DNA of 64,000 nucleotides from Octopus vulgaris (GCA_951406725.2 OX597824.1:87172001-87236000), one strand, 5' to 3'; shown: positions 1 through 11,095, numbered from the stretch's first letter. The notes: a model not told the origin generated them from the letters alone. Numbers and translations: made by a program.

Positions 1-170
1 ACCGGTAGTGGTGTGTTTACGTCCCTGTAACTTAGCGGTTCGGCAAAAAGATCCCGATAGAATAAGTACTATTCTTCCAAAGAATAAGTCCTGGGATCGA
101 TTTGCTTGACTAAAGGTGGTGCCCCAGCATGGCTGTAGTCAGATGACTGAAACAAGTAAAAGAATAAAGA
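1..170 (+). mobile_element. Family A SINE, 3' half only
   Basis: Matches the 3' module of the full copy at 1020-1433 (ggtgtgtttacgtccc..gatagaataagtact..cagcatgg..tgactgaaacaagtaaaaga). Confidence 0.85.
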
Positions 171-176
171 GTATAT

Positions 177-500
177 ATTCTTTTACTTGTTTCAGTCATT
201 CAACTGTGGCCATGCTGGAGCACTGCCTATAGTCGAACAAATTGATCTCAGGACTTTCTCTCTGTAAGCCTAGTACTTATTCTATCGGACTCTTTTGCCG
301 AACCGCTAAGTTGCAGGGATGTAAACATACCAACATTAGTTGTCAAGTGATGGTTGGGGACAAACACAGACACACAAACATGTGTGTGTGTGTGTGTATA
401 CGTGTATACACACACATGCATAACAGGCTTCTTTTAGTTTCCTTTGACCAAATCCACTCACAAGGCTTTGGTCGGCCCAAGACTATAGTAGAAAACACAT
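177..500 (-). mobile_element. Family A SINE, 5'-truncated
   Basis: Reverse complement of the 3' module, internal CA/TG tract and part of the head. Confidence 0.8.
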
Positions 501-1019
501 GCAGAACTGTTACTACACAGGGCAAAACACCTTACTGACTGCATTTCATTTGCTTTTCATCCTTTCAGAGTTGATAAATTAAATACCAGTTGTGTACAGG
601 GGTCGATCTAATTGACAGGTCCAAAAATTTCAGGCCTTGTGCCAAGAGCAGAAAAGAATATTTAACCGAGATGTTCACATCATGTAACTAAAGCATTGAG
701 CCGAGTGTTTTACTTACTTGGCTATCACCAGCTAAAATATTGCCCAAACAACTGGATTGGCTTAACTTTGGAATCAATATAGTATTATAGAAAACACACA
801 ATAGACTTGTTTATTTCCATCAATAATGCAAAATCATCAATGAAGAAGACAGACTGGAAGCAGCAGCAGCGCTGCCACTCTTTAAAACATCTCAGTGAAA
901 GGGGTACTTGGGTGGGGAAAAGCTTTGAAATTTAATGTTAGAGAAAAAAATCTTGGAAGTTAAGATAGTTAAATAAACTAGCTTTGATATCAAGAGTGCA
1001 AACGCCAAAGAACAAAAAC

Positions 1020-1187
1020 GAGTGGCTGTGTGGTAAAGTAGCTTGCTTACTAACCACATGGTTCCGAGTTCAGTCCCACTGCGTGGCACCTTGGGCAAGT
1101 GTCTTCTACTATAGCCTCGGGCCGACCAAAGCCTTGTGAGTGGATTTGGTAGACGGAAACTGAAAGAAGCCCGTCGTATATATGTGT

Positions 1188-1219
<32 letters not shown>

Positions 1220-1433
1220 ATATGTTTGTTTGTCTGCGTTTGTCCCCCGCAACATTGCTTGACAACCGATGCTGGTGTGTTTACGTCCCCCGTAACTTAG
1301 CGGTTCGGCAAAAAGAGAACGATAGAATAAGTACTAGGCTTACAAAGAATAAGTCCTGGGGGTCGATTTGCTCGACTAAACGGCGGTGCTCCAGCATGGC
1401 CACATGACTGAAATGACTGAAACAAGTAAAAAA
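1020..1433 (+). mobile_element. Family A tRNA-derived SINE (CORE-like, similar to octopus OR-type), near full length with TSD
   Basis: A-box-like tggctgtgtggt, B-box-like gagttcagtccc, CORE-like ccttgggcaagtgtctt, internal (TA/TG)n, 3' module; 15-bp TSD ccaaagaacaaaaac at 1005-1019 and 1434-1448. Confidence 0.9.
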
Positions 1434-1781
1434 CCAAAGAACAAAAACATCCAGGGAAGATAGTCAGAGCCAGCGAGAAATTGGAGCATAGCTGAGTTTA
1501 CAACTGATTATTATCTCGGACTTGATGCCTGTTCCTCGCATCAAGTCAATTAATCAAAGTGGTAATCAATGTATTGACTTGTGGATAGAATTCAGCAGTC
1601 TTGATTAATTAGGTGAGCTGGTCATTATAACCAATAAAACTGTTTTAGATCGTTGTCTTTCATAGAGATATGATACGGGCCGTAGGAGTGGCTGTGTGGT
1701 AAGTAGCTTGCTTACCAGCCACATGGTTCCTGGTTCAGTCCCACTGCGTGGCATCTTGGGCAAGTGTCTTCTACTACAGCC

Positions 1782-2041
1782 TTCAAATAGACACAGCTGG
1801 CACTGCAATCACCACCACCACCACCACCACCACCACCACCACCACCACCATCTTTGGCTTCGTCATCTTCATCATCCTCATCCTGTTCAAATTCCACAGC
1901 TGCCACTGCAATCATAATCATCATCATCACCAATATGTTCAAATTCCACAGCTAGCACTGCAATCATCATCATCATCATCATTGTGATCATCATCATCAT
2001 CATCATCATCGTGTTCAAATTCCACAGCCGACACTGCAATC
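1782..2041 (+). repeat. Four ~30-bp units (tgttcaaattccacagc...cactgcaatc) separated by (CAT/CAC)n tracts
   Basis: Units start at 1782 (diverged), 1884, 1936 and 2012. Confidence 0.85.
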
Positions 2042-2342
2042 ATCATCATCATCACCAACATCATTTAACATCCCTTTTTCCATACTTGCAGGGGTCAGAT
2101 GATGCAATTAGTCAGAGTAGGGTCCTTACAGCTGTTCTGTTACCAACCCTCATGTTTCCACATGGTCAGACAAGTTTTCCAGTAAAGACTGGAAATGAAC
2201 AACATTGCTTGCTTATAACCATCATGTGACTTCAAGACAAACGTCCACACAAACACACACACATTATATATATAAATATCTTAACAATTTTTCAAGCAGT
2301 TCACATGGATTCCTCCATGTGGTTGGCTTGAAAAGTTAAGAT

Positions 2343-2720
2343 AGGTGCAGGAGTGGCTGTGTGGTAAGTAGCTTGTTTACCAACCACATGGTTTCAGGTT
2401 CAGTCCCACTGTGTAGCACCTAGGGCAAGTGTCTTCAACTATAGCCTCAGGCCAACCAAAGCCTTGTGAGTGGATTTGGTAGACGGAAACTGAAAGAAGC
2501 CCGTCGTATATATGTATGTATATGTGTGTTTGTGTGTGTGTGTATATGTTTGTCCACCTCCCAACATCACTTAACAACTGATGGTGATGTGTTTACGTCC
2601 CCGTAACTTAGCGGTTCAGCAAAAAGAGACTGATAGAATAAGTACTAGGCTTACAAAGAGTAAGTCCTGGGGTCGATTTGCTCGAATAAAGGCGGTGCTC
2701 CAGCATGGTCGCAGTCAAAA
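2343..2720 (+). mobile_element. Family A SINE
   Basis: Same head, microsatellite and tail as 1020-1433. Confidence 0.9.
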
Positions 2721-2724
2721 TGTG

Positions 2725-3335
2725 CAGCACCTTGAAGACGTGTCTTCTACTATAGCCCCGAGTTGAGTTATGCCTTGTGAGTGAATTTGGTAGACGGAAA
2801 CTGTACGGAATCCCATCATATATAAATGTATGTGTGTGTCTTTATGCTCATGTTTGTACTCTCTTCCACAACTAGACAACCGGTGTTGGTTTGTTTATGT
2901 TCCTGTAACTCAGTGATTCTGTAGAAGCGACAGAAAGAATAAGTACCAGACTTTAAAATTTAGTACTGGGGTTGATCAATCCAACTAAAACCTGATATCG
3001 TAAGAACAAACCGAGGCTCGTGGTGTCGCTCATGTACACGTGGACGTAGCTGTGACCGATGCTGGAAGGCTGTCACGAGATACACGCGATCAATACAGCG
3101 ACGTGGTCCGTCCCGTAAATTCCCTTAAGACAACTATGGTGCCACCCACGGTGTCCGCCGCCTTCACGGCGCCTTACGTTCCCGGCTAGTCTAAGCGCCG
3201 GGGCCGCCAGCAAAAGGCCTGCGTCAGTCGCCCGGATCTCCGCCGCTCTACCGTGCCCGATATCGTAAGAACGAACCAATGCTCGCGGTCAGTATGGCCA
3301 GAATCCAATGACTGAAATAAGCAAAAGATAAAAGG
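2725..3335 (+). mobile_element. Diverged family A SINE interrupted at 2991-3289
   Basis: Tail reads ...ggggttgatcaatccaactaaaa up to 2990 and resumes cagtatggccagaatccaatgactgaaa at 3290. Confidence 0.8.
2991..3289. other. GC-rich insert of unknown origin flanked by 34-bp direct repeats
   Basis: Repeats at 2991-3024 and 3256-3289 (29/34 identical); 231-bp core ~61% GC with ~27 CpG (manual count). Confidence 0.9.
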
Positions 3336-3375
3336 ACAAAAGAAACGGTCAAAACAATAAAATTCCGGAAATTAC

Positions 3376-3541
3376 CTGGGTTTCCACACTCAGATCGACT
3401 AACAGTCCTCCGTCAACATCTTTAGCTTCCGTATTTGACGTTGGACACAAAGGGTCAAACTCGTCCATATTGCCGGTCGATTCTGTCATTGGTTGGGATT
3501 CTGAAAGGTCTACGAGTGAATCTAGTTGTGACATTTTGGTT
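3376..3541 (-). CDS. Coding exon of an unidentified gene: (TK)MSQLDSLVDLSESQPMTESTGNMDEFDPLCPTSNTEAKDVDGGLLVDLSVETQ
   Basis: Pyrimidine-rich acceptor ending atttttcag| at 3542; donor CAG|GTAATT at 3375; open frame; ATG at 3534 in aaaATG context; non-repetitive sequence. Confidence 0.75.
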
Positions 3542-3734
3542 CTGAAAAATATAAGAGAAAGAAAATATAAAATTCAAATTCTGCAAAAATAAACAGCTCA
3601 ATAATGTTAACATTATAAACACAACATACATAACATATTATTTGATTCTTTGCCAGAAGAATTTCTAATAGGAGACATCCAACAGGTTTTCTACTACATG
3701 TACAGTTTTGTATCTCCTTTCTTTTACTTATTAA

Positions 3735-4105
3735 TCATCATCATCGTTTAACGTCCACTTTCCATGCTAGCATGGGTTGGACGATTTTGACTGAGGGCTG
3801 GTGAACCAGATGGCTGCACCAGGCTCCAGTCTGATCTGCCAGAGTTTCTACAGCTGGATGCCCTTCCTAATGCCAACCACTCTGAGAGTGTAGTAGGTGC
3901 TTTTTATGTGCCACCGGCACGGGGGCCAGTCAGGAGGTGCTGGCATGACTTTGCTCGAATCTTTTTACACATGCCAGTGAAGCGATGTTGGTAATGATCA
4001 TGCGTTAATGGTACCCTTTTACATGCCACGGGTACGGAAGCCAGTTGGCTGCTCTGGCAACGATCACGCTCGGATGGAGCTCTTGGCACCCTACTAGCAC
4101 AGGCA
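3735..4105 (-). mobile_element. Family D non-autonomous retroelement with (GAT)n tail
   Basis: Reverse complement of gagtggttggcattaggaagggcatccagctgtagaaac...gttaaacgatgatg. Confidence 0.85.
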
Positions 4106-4134
4106 TAAGAGCCTAATAATAATAATAATAACAA

Positions 4135-4278
4135 CATCGAAAAATACCTTAGGAATGAGAACCCAGGTTCGAAATTTCCCCAAGACACCTGATGAAAGCT
4201 GGAGGGTATATCAGCCGAAACATTGTGTTAACAACAAACAAGATGGGGACAAATATCCGACGAATGTAAATAATGTAT
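4135..4278 (+). mobile_element. Penelope-like terminal fragment with minimal hammerhead motif (4185-4228)
   Basis: acac-CTGATGA-a-agctg..cagcc-GAAA-ca-TT-gtgt. Confidence 0.6.
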
Positions 4279-4404
4279 ATCGAGAAGTATACTATCCAAT
4301 GTGCTCCTTCTTTACGATGACAGAGTGTAATTTGACTGGTAAATATAACAGGTCAAATAACCATGTAAAACCTTCCTCACTAACTTAGTATTATTCTTGT
4401 TGCT

Positions 4405-4640
4405 AAGGTGGCGAACAGGCAGAATCGTTAGCACACTGGGCGAAATGCTTAGCAGTATTTCGTCTGTCGCTACATTGTGAGTTCAAATTCCACCGAGGTC
4501 GACTTTGCCCTTCATCCTTTTGGGATTGATTAAATAAGTACCAGTTACACACTGGGGTCAATGTAATCGACTTAATCCCTTTGTCTGTCCTTGTTTGTCC
4601 CCTCTATGTTTAGCCCCCTTCGGGCAATAAAGAAATAAAT
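4405..4640 (+). mobile_element. Family B SINE (Meta-domain-like core)
   Basis: Head aggtggcgaacaggcagaatcgttagc, B-box gagttcaaattcc, core gcccttcatccttttgggattgattaaataagtaccag. Confidence 0.85.
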
Positions 4641-5160
4641 ATTATTCTTGTTGCCACCACCAACACCATTATTATTATTATTATTATTATTATTATCATC
4701 ATTTAATGTCTTTGTTCCATGTTCCATGCTGGTAGGGGTTTGACTATAGTGTATAATACAAACAGCATAGAATTACAGTACACCTGACTGAGTTCTTTAA
4801 TCAAGTTATTGAGCTATTTTCCTTCTATTGTTTCAAAGTGTGGTTCATAGTCCTGATAAGGAGTGACTCTGTCAGTCAAATTTGCCCTTGACATATTGCA
4901 TACAAAAACAATGGTTTCATAGGTGACAGAATGCTTTCTCAAGAATAATAGTACACGTTACGCACACACACACACAATTATATATGTATATATATGTATA
5001 TCATATATGTATATACACACATGCACATATAACTGACTAATCAGTCATTGATTATTAACACTGATCATGAAAATCAATGCACTTGGCTCTGTTTATCACA
5101 TTGTTGTATGGGATAAATATGGTAAGAGTGTGATGGTGGAGTCGACAGAGTACTAGACAA

Positions 5161-5932
5161 CCTATTTCTTTACTACCCACAAGGGGCTAAACACAGAGGA
5201 GACAAACAAGGACAGACAGACAGACAGATTAAGTCGATTACATCGACCCCAGTGCGTAACTGGTACTTATTTAATCAACCCTGAAAGGATGAAAGGCAAA
5301 GTCGACCTGGGCGGAATTTGAACTCAGAACATAACAGCAGACAAAATACCTATTTCTTTACTACCCACAAAGAGCTAAACACAGAGAGGACAAACAAGGA
5401 CAGACAGATTAAACCGATTATATCGACCCCAGTGCATAACTGGTACTTATTTATCTGACCCTGAAAGGATGAAAGGCAAAGTCGACCTGGGCGGAATTTG
5501 AACTCAGAACATAACAGCAGACAAAATACCTATTTCTTTACTACCCACAAAGAGCTAAACACAGAGAGGACAAACAAGGACAGACAGATTAAACCGATTA
5601 TATCGACCCCAGTGCATAACTGGTACTTATTTATCTGACCCTGAAAGGATGAAAGGCAAAGTTGACCTCGGCGGAATTTGAACTCAGAATGTAACGGCAG
5701 ACGAAATACCTACTTCTTTACTACCCACAAGGGGCTAAACACAGAGAGGACAAACAAACGGATTAAGTCAATTACATCGACCCCAGTACGTAACTGGTAC
5801 TTAATTAATCAACCCTGAGAGGATGAAAGGCAAAGTCGACCTCAGCGGAATTTGAACTCAGAACGTAACGGCAGACAAAATACTGCTAAGCATTTTGCCC
5901 AGCGTGCTAACGATTCTGCCAGCTCGCTGCCC
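5161..5932 (-). mobile_element. Family B SINE tetramer (~180-bp units)
   Basis: Unit boundaries at 5161, 5349, 5529 and 5709; a single head at ~5880-5932. Confidence 0.9.
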
Positions 5933-6149
5933 TTGTACTAGACAACCAAACCCTGTCAGTGATCCTGCACTCAGCTTTAAACAGCTGTGCCCATCTTTGT
6001 TTTGAACACCACAGAACTGTGGAAGGTAATAGGGGTGGAACTCATCACGGTAAATTAGAACAGCATTAAGGAACATTTAATAATTTCATTTAATAATTGA
6101 ATATGAAATGATATAAACACTTTTCCTCTCTTCATAAAAAAAGGGTAAA

Positions 6150-6475
6150 GACCCCCTTTGGTCATGAATGATTGCACCTAGAAAGATCCCTGTCCAAGAA
6201 CAAGTCCGGGCAGAGTTGTTCACGGAAGACCAGTATTCGCCCATGCATACCAGCCTCTCCTCTCCACTCCACCGATGTTGTCCAAGGCAAAGGCAAAACC
6301 CACAGAGCTTGGCCCCAGTGATGTCACAACTCATTTCTGCAGATGAGTGAAATGGAGCAACGTGAAATAAAGTGTCTTGCTCAAGAACACAACACACAGC
6401 CTGGTCCAGGAATCGAACTCACTACCTCTGGATTGTTAGCCTGACGCTCTAACCACAGAGCTATATGCCTTCACT
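6150..6475 (-). mobile_element. tRNA-derived SINE related to family C in its head
   Basis: Minus strand reads gtggttagagcg..gagttcgattcctggacc..gtgttcttgagcaagacacttt. Confidence 0.7.
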
Positions 6476-6487
6476 TTGCAAGTAGAT

Positions 6488-6898
6488 ACTCTTTACTCTT
6501 ACTCTTTTACTTGTTTCAGTCATTTGACTGCGGCCATGCTGGAGCACCGCCTTTAGTTGAGCAAATCGACCCCGGGACTTATTCTTTGTAAGCCTAGTAC
6601 TTATTCTATCGGTCTCTTCTGCCGAACCACTAAGTGACGGGGACGTAAACACACCAGAATTGGTTGTCAAGCAATGATAGGGGGACAAACACAGAAAAAC
6701 ACACACACACATACATATATATATATACATATATACGACAGGCTTTTTTCAGTTTCCGTCTCCCAAATCCACTCACAAGGCATTGGTCGGCCCAGGGCTA
6801 TAGCAGAAGACACTTGCCCAAGATGCCACGCAGTGGGACTGAACCCGGAACCATGTGGTTGGTTAGCAAGCTACTTACCACACAGCCACTCCCGCGCC
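6488..6898 (-). mobile_element. Family A SINE, full length
   Basis: Reverse complement of the family A consensus. Confidence 0.9.
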
Positions 6899-7057
6899 TA
6901 TTTGCAAATGGCCTAAATCTGCACAAACAACCTATCTTTATTCAGAATGGCCTAACTATTTCTCATTTTCACTGGATTTGTTTTAACACGTGTAGAATGA
7001 AATAAAACGATTTCTGTTCAATCTGCGTTCAGCTCCATTTCTTCAATTCACCAATAA

Positions 7058-7094
<37 letters not shown>

Positions 7095-7095
<1 letters not shown>

Positions 7096-7280
7096 GGGAG
7101 AGTTTACAAAAAAAAAAAACAAAAGACGAAGACAGGTGGTGTACAAAACAAACAGCTGTATTAGTATAACGGTGAGGAATAGAAAAAGTCTTTTACGTTT
7201 CGAGCCTATGCTCTTCTACAGAAAGGGACACAGAAAAAAGGAGAGAAATGAGGAGAGAAAAAAATGTGTGTAGTGGCTAT
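7095..7280 (-). mobile_element. Penelope-like terminal fragment in (TA)n with variant hammerhead (7190-7225)
   Basis: Homologous to 20700-20880; minus strand cttt-CTGTAGA-a-gagc-atag-gctc-GAAA-cg-TA-aaag. Confidence 0.55.
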
Positions 7281-7301
7281 ATATATGTAAGTATTTGTAT
7301 G

Positions 7302-7347
<46 letters not shown>

Positions 7348-7349
7348 AT

Positions 7350-7560
7350 TTATGTTACTATCTGCAGATATTCCACTGATGAAGGCAAAGCATTTCTCAC
7401 GCAAAGCCAGAAATCCTGGATCTGGAATTATCCAGTAATTTTTTGCTAGTTTATTTTGTCCTTTTTGTACTCTCTCCTGGTGCTGTATGGTTTTAGAGTC
7501 AAGTTTTGGCTGCTATTTTCAGCGTGGAGGTATCTCTCAGATACCCTAAATTATAATTTT
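7350..7560 (+). mobile_element. Penelope-like terminal fragment with hammerhead (7370-7428)
   Basis: attcca-CTGATGA-a-ggc..gcc-a-GAAA-tcc-t-gga-TC-tggaat; downstream part is homologous to 49225-49361. Confidence 0.65.
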
Positions 7561-7794
7561 ACACACACACATATATATATATATAGATATCTATTTGTAT
7601 GTGTACATATGCACAAAAAGGAGGCAGTCCAATATTCAGAAAGCATCCTTTTTCTCAGTATACAATATCTGTACACCACTTCAAACACTCTATACATACA
7701 TGTCATCATATATGTAAGTATATATATATATGTAAATACAGACACGCACACACACATGTGTGTGTGTAAAAAGTTTCATCATTATCTTTGTCTG

Positions 7795-7901
<107 letters not shown>

Positions 7902-8205
7902 CACACTTTTAATATGTATTTCGGGTTAACGTTCTATATGTATGTCTATCATCACTTAGGATGGATCAATACCATGGATACTGTGCAGTTGATTTATCTT
8001 CAAATATTTATACATGCATTAAAAATTCTCAATAATAAGACTCCAAGGACACACATACCCCAGATCGATTCAGGAAATATATTTAGAACACTTTATTTTT
8101 TTCTTTCTATAAATTGGTGAACTATATTTAGTTTGTTCATTTTGCATTATATATATATATGTATGTATGTATATATGTATGTATGTATATATCTATGTAT
8201 GTATG

Positions 8206-8253
<48 letters not shown>

Positions 8254-9389
8254 GGTATGTAGAAAAATACAACATGGACAAGAACGTATAACTCTTAGAA
8301 GACGACACAATAAACACGGACAGGACATTCGAAACCCTCAGTCTTCAGTCAAGAACCGGATCATCGTAGTAATTTCGGCTGATATATATATATGTATGTA
8401 TGTATGTATGCATATATGTATGTATATATATATATATATATAAATGCTTGTTTTTATTGCAAGTTACGACAAAAACAATTTTTAATTAAAATGAATTGTT
8501 TCTCATTATTTATAGAGTACATATTTTTACAAGAAGACAAGAGAGGTGACAGTGACTTCGAAGTTTTGAAGATTCGACCTGCTACCTTTCATTATCCTAC
8601 ACACAGGTACACACACACACAGGTAAACACACACACACAGGTGCAGGCATCATTGTACAGTAAGAAGTTTGCTTCTCAACCACATGGTTCCAGGTTCAGT
8701 CCCACTGCGTGGCACCTTCAGTAAGTACCTTTGGTAGAGGGAAACTAGAAGAATCCTGTTGTGTGTGTGTGTGTATTTGTCCTGCACCACCACTTGACAA
8801 CAAGCGTTGGTGTGTTTACATCCCTGTAACCTAGCAGTTTGGCAAAGGAGACTGATAAAACAAATACCAGGCTCTAAAAAAGGAAAGACGTACAGAGGGT
8901 GGATACATTAAACTGAAATTCGTTGAGGCAGTGCCCCAGCATGACCACAATCTAACAGATGAAACAAGATATCTATGCATATATATAATACCTGTAAAAG
9001 ATATCCCTGTGTCTATATAAAGCCAATATATATCCTGTCACAATCGATCTGGGGTACATGTGTAATTGGACAATAGCTTTGATGGGTCACAGGCACCCAA
9101 CAAACCACTCCCCAAATTTCTGATAGTGAGAGTGACAACGAAGCATGTGTAACTTGTGGTAGATCAAATATCTACTCGTTTACTCTTTTATTTGTTGCAG
9201 TCGTTTGACTGTGGCCATGCTGGAGCACCGCTTTTAGTCGAGCACATCGACTCCCAGGACTTATTCTATCGGTCTCTTTTGCTGAACCGCAAAGTTACGG
9301 GGATGTAAACACACCAGCATCGACTGTCAAGAGATATTGTGGGGGATAAACACAGACACACAAACATACACACACACACACACACCATA

Positions 9390-9790
9390 CGATTGAGATC
9401 GTTGCCAAAGCAACAAGCTGGCCTTCGTGCCGATGGCACGTTAAACACACCATTTGAGTGTGATTGTTACCGTGTCGCCTTACTAGCACTTGTGCAAGTG
9501 GCACGTGAAACATTCGAGCGAGGTCGTCACCAGTGCCGCTGGACTGGCTCCTGTACAGATGACATAAAAAGCACCATCTGGGCATGGCCGTTGCCAGTAC
9601 TACCAAACTGGCCCTTGTGCCGGTGGCACGTAAAAGCACCCATTAAACTCTCGGAGTGGTTGGCGTTAGGAAGGGCATCCAACTGTAGAAACTCTGCCAG
9701 ATCAAGATTGGAGCCTGGTGCAGCCATCTGGTTCGCCAGTCCTCAGTCAAATCGTCCAACCCATGCCAGCATGGAAAGCAGACGTTAAAC

Positions 9791-9829
<39 letters not shown>
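9390..9829 (+). mobile_element. Family D element with (GAT)n tail
   Basis: 5' sub-repeats containing gtgccggtggcacgtaaaagcacc, then the conserved tail and (GAT)n. Confidence 0.85.
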
Positions 9830-10626
9830 CAGAAAAACAAAACCCAACAAAAGGCTATGAATCACTTAAGACCTAATTGAACGTGAATAAACTAATGGGA
9901 CATGTGCATTTGGCAACATTTTAACCCTCTTCTCATTTGCTTCAGCTTAACAAACAAGTATCAAGGTTCAGCTTCTAAAACAAAGCCCTTTACACCCCTC
10001 TTACTTCTCAAACTAGGAAAAACAAAACAAAAAGAAAAAAGGAAGGAAAAAATAAAGAGCTTTTGTCTGGCCAATGAAACCATGACTGACTACAATAAAT
10101 GCTTCTCATTCTGAACCCCTCCACTAACCCCCATAATGAAATAAAAAGTAACAAAGAAGAAGAAGAAGAGGACATCTATAAATTAAGGCGCTCCCACTAA
10201 CTGCAGTGAGCAGGAACTAATATGCTTTGAGCAGTAATAATAACAGCATCAGTTTTTCTATTCAACATCTTGCCTGACTCATCAAACAGGTATTATTCTT
10301 TTCCTAAGCAATATGGACAATGGAAATTCAACAAAAAAAACCCTAGCAAGTGTAGACAGTGACAATATTTTCACTTCCACCTTGACATGATGACATTTAA
10401 AATCATTGTAACTAGAGTGATAGGTCAGTTATTTTGCTATAGTCATTTCTTGTCTTCTTTTGTTTCTCCTTTCTTTTAATAATTACTCTTTGCTCTTTAG
10501 TATATATACAGTGCTAATACTAGTACAAGTCGTCTTGTCTTCGTTTTCACTGACTGATTTATGCAAGAGCTTCTTTGCTTGAGGTGGTGTACTTGAAAAT
10601 GAAAATTATTAGCCACAGTTTTAAAT

Positions 10627-11095
10627 GTGGAGGTGCATGGCTTAGTGGTTAGGGTGTTGAACTCATGATCGTAAGATTGCGGTTTCGATTCCTGGACCGG
10701 CCGACGCATCGTGTTCTTGAGCAAAACACTTCATTTCACATTGCTCCAGTCCACTCAGCTGGGGAACACATATGCCATTGAAACCGGGAAACTGGGCCCA
10801 TGAGCCTAGCTAGGCTTTATAAAGGGTGCATTTATTTTGTGGAGGCACGTAGCTTAGTGGTTAGGGTGTCAGCACCATGATCGTAAGATTGCGGTTTCGA
10901 TTCCTGGATCAGCTGACGCGTCGTGTTCTTGAGCAAAACACTTCATTTCATGTTGCTCCAGTCCACTCAGCTGGCAAAAATGAGTAACACTCTGATGGAC
11001 TGGCATCCCATCCAGCTGGGGAACACATACGCCATAGAAACCGAGAAACCGGGCCCATGAGCCTGGCTAGGCTTTAAAAGGGCACATTTATTTTT
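10627..11095 (+). mobile_element. Two adjacent family C SINEs (V-domain-like); the first is internally deleted
   Basis: Head tggcttagtggttagggtg, B-box ggtttcgattcct, V-like gatggactggcatcccatccag. Confidence 0.85.

Noticed and set aside
1782-2041. CRISPR-like appearance
   Set aside because: Spacers are microsatellites, there are no cas genes, and the context is eukaryotic.
3206-3219. gccagcaaaaggcc resembles a ColE1/pUC origin 14-mer
   Set aside because: From memory the flanks do not continue the match; too short to call vector, though a UniVec search is advised.
3073-3279. 68-aa minus-strand ORF in the GC-rich insert
   Set aside because: Non-ATG start inside the repeat, no recognisable motif, and a length expected by chance at this GC content.
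2991-3289. Reading the 34-bp repeats as loxP/FRT, CRISPR repeats, LTRs or a DGR template/variable pair
   Set aside because: No 13-8-13 palindrome; only two copies; no TG..CA, PBS or PPT; mismatches are not adenine-specific. A possible third copy near 3112-3140 is too weak.
8250-8380. Peptide [21 protein letters not shown] resembling a GIY-YIG fragment
   Set aside because: Too short and lacks the Y(I/V)G motif; possibly Penelope-derived but not supportable.
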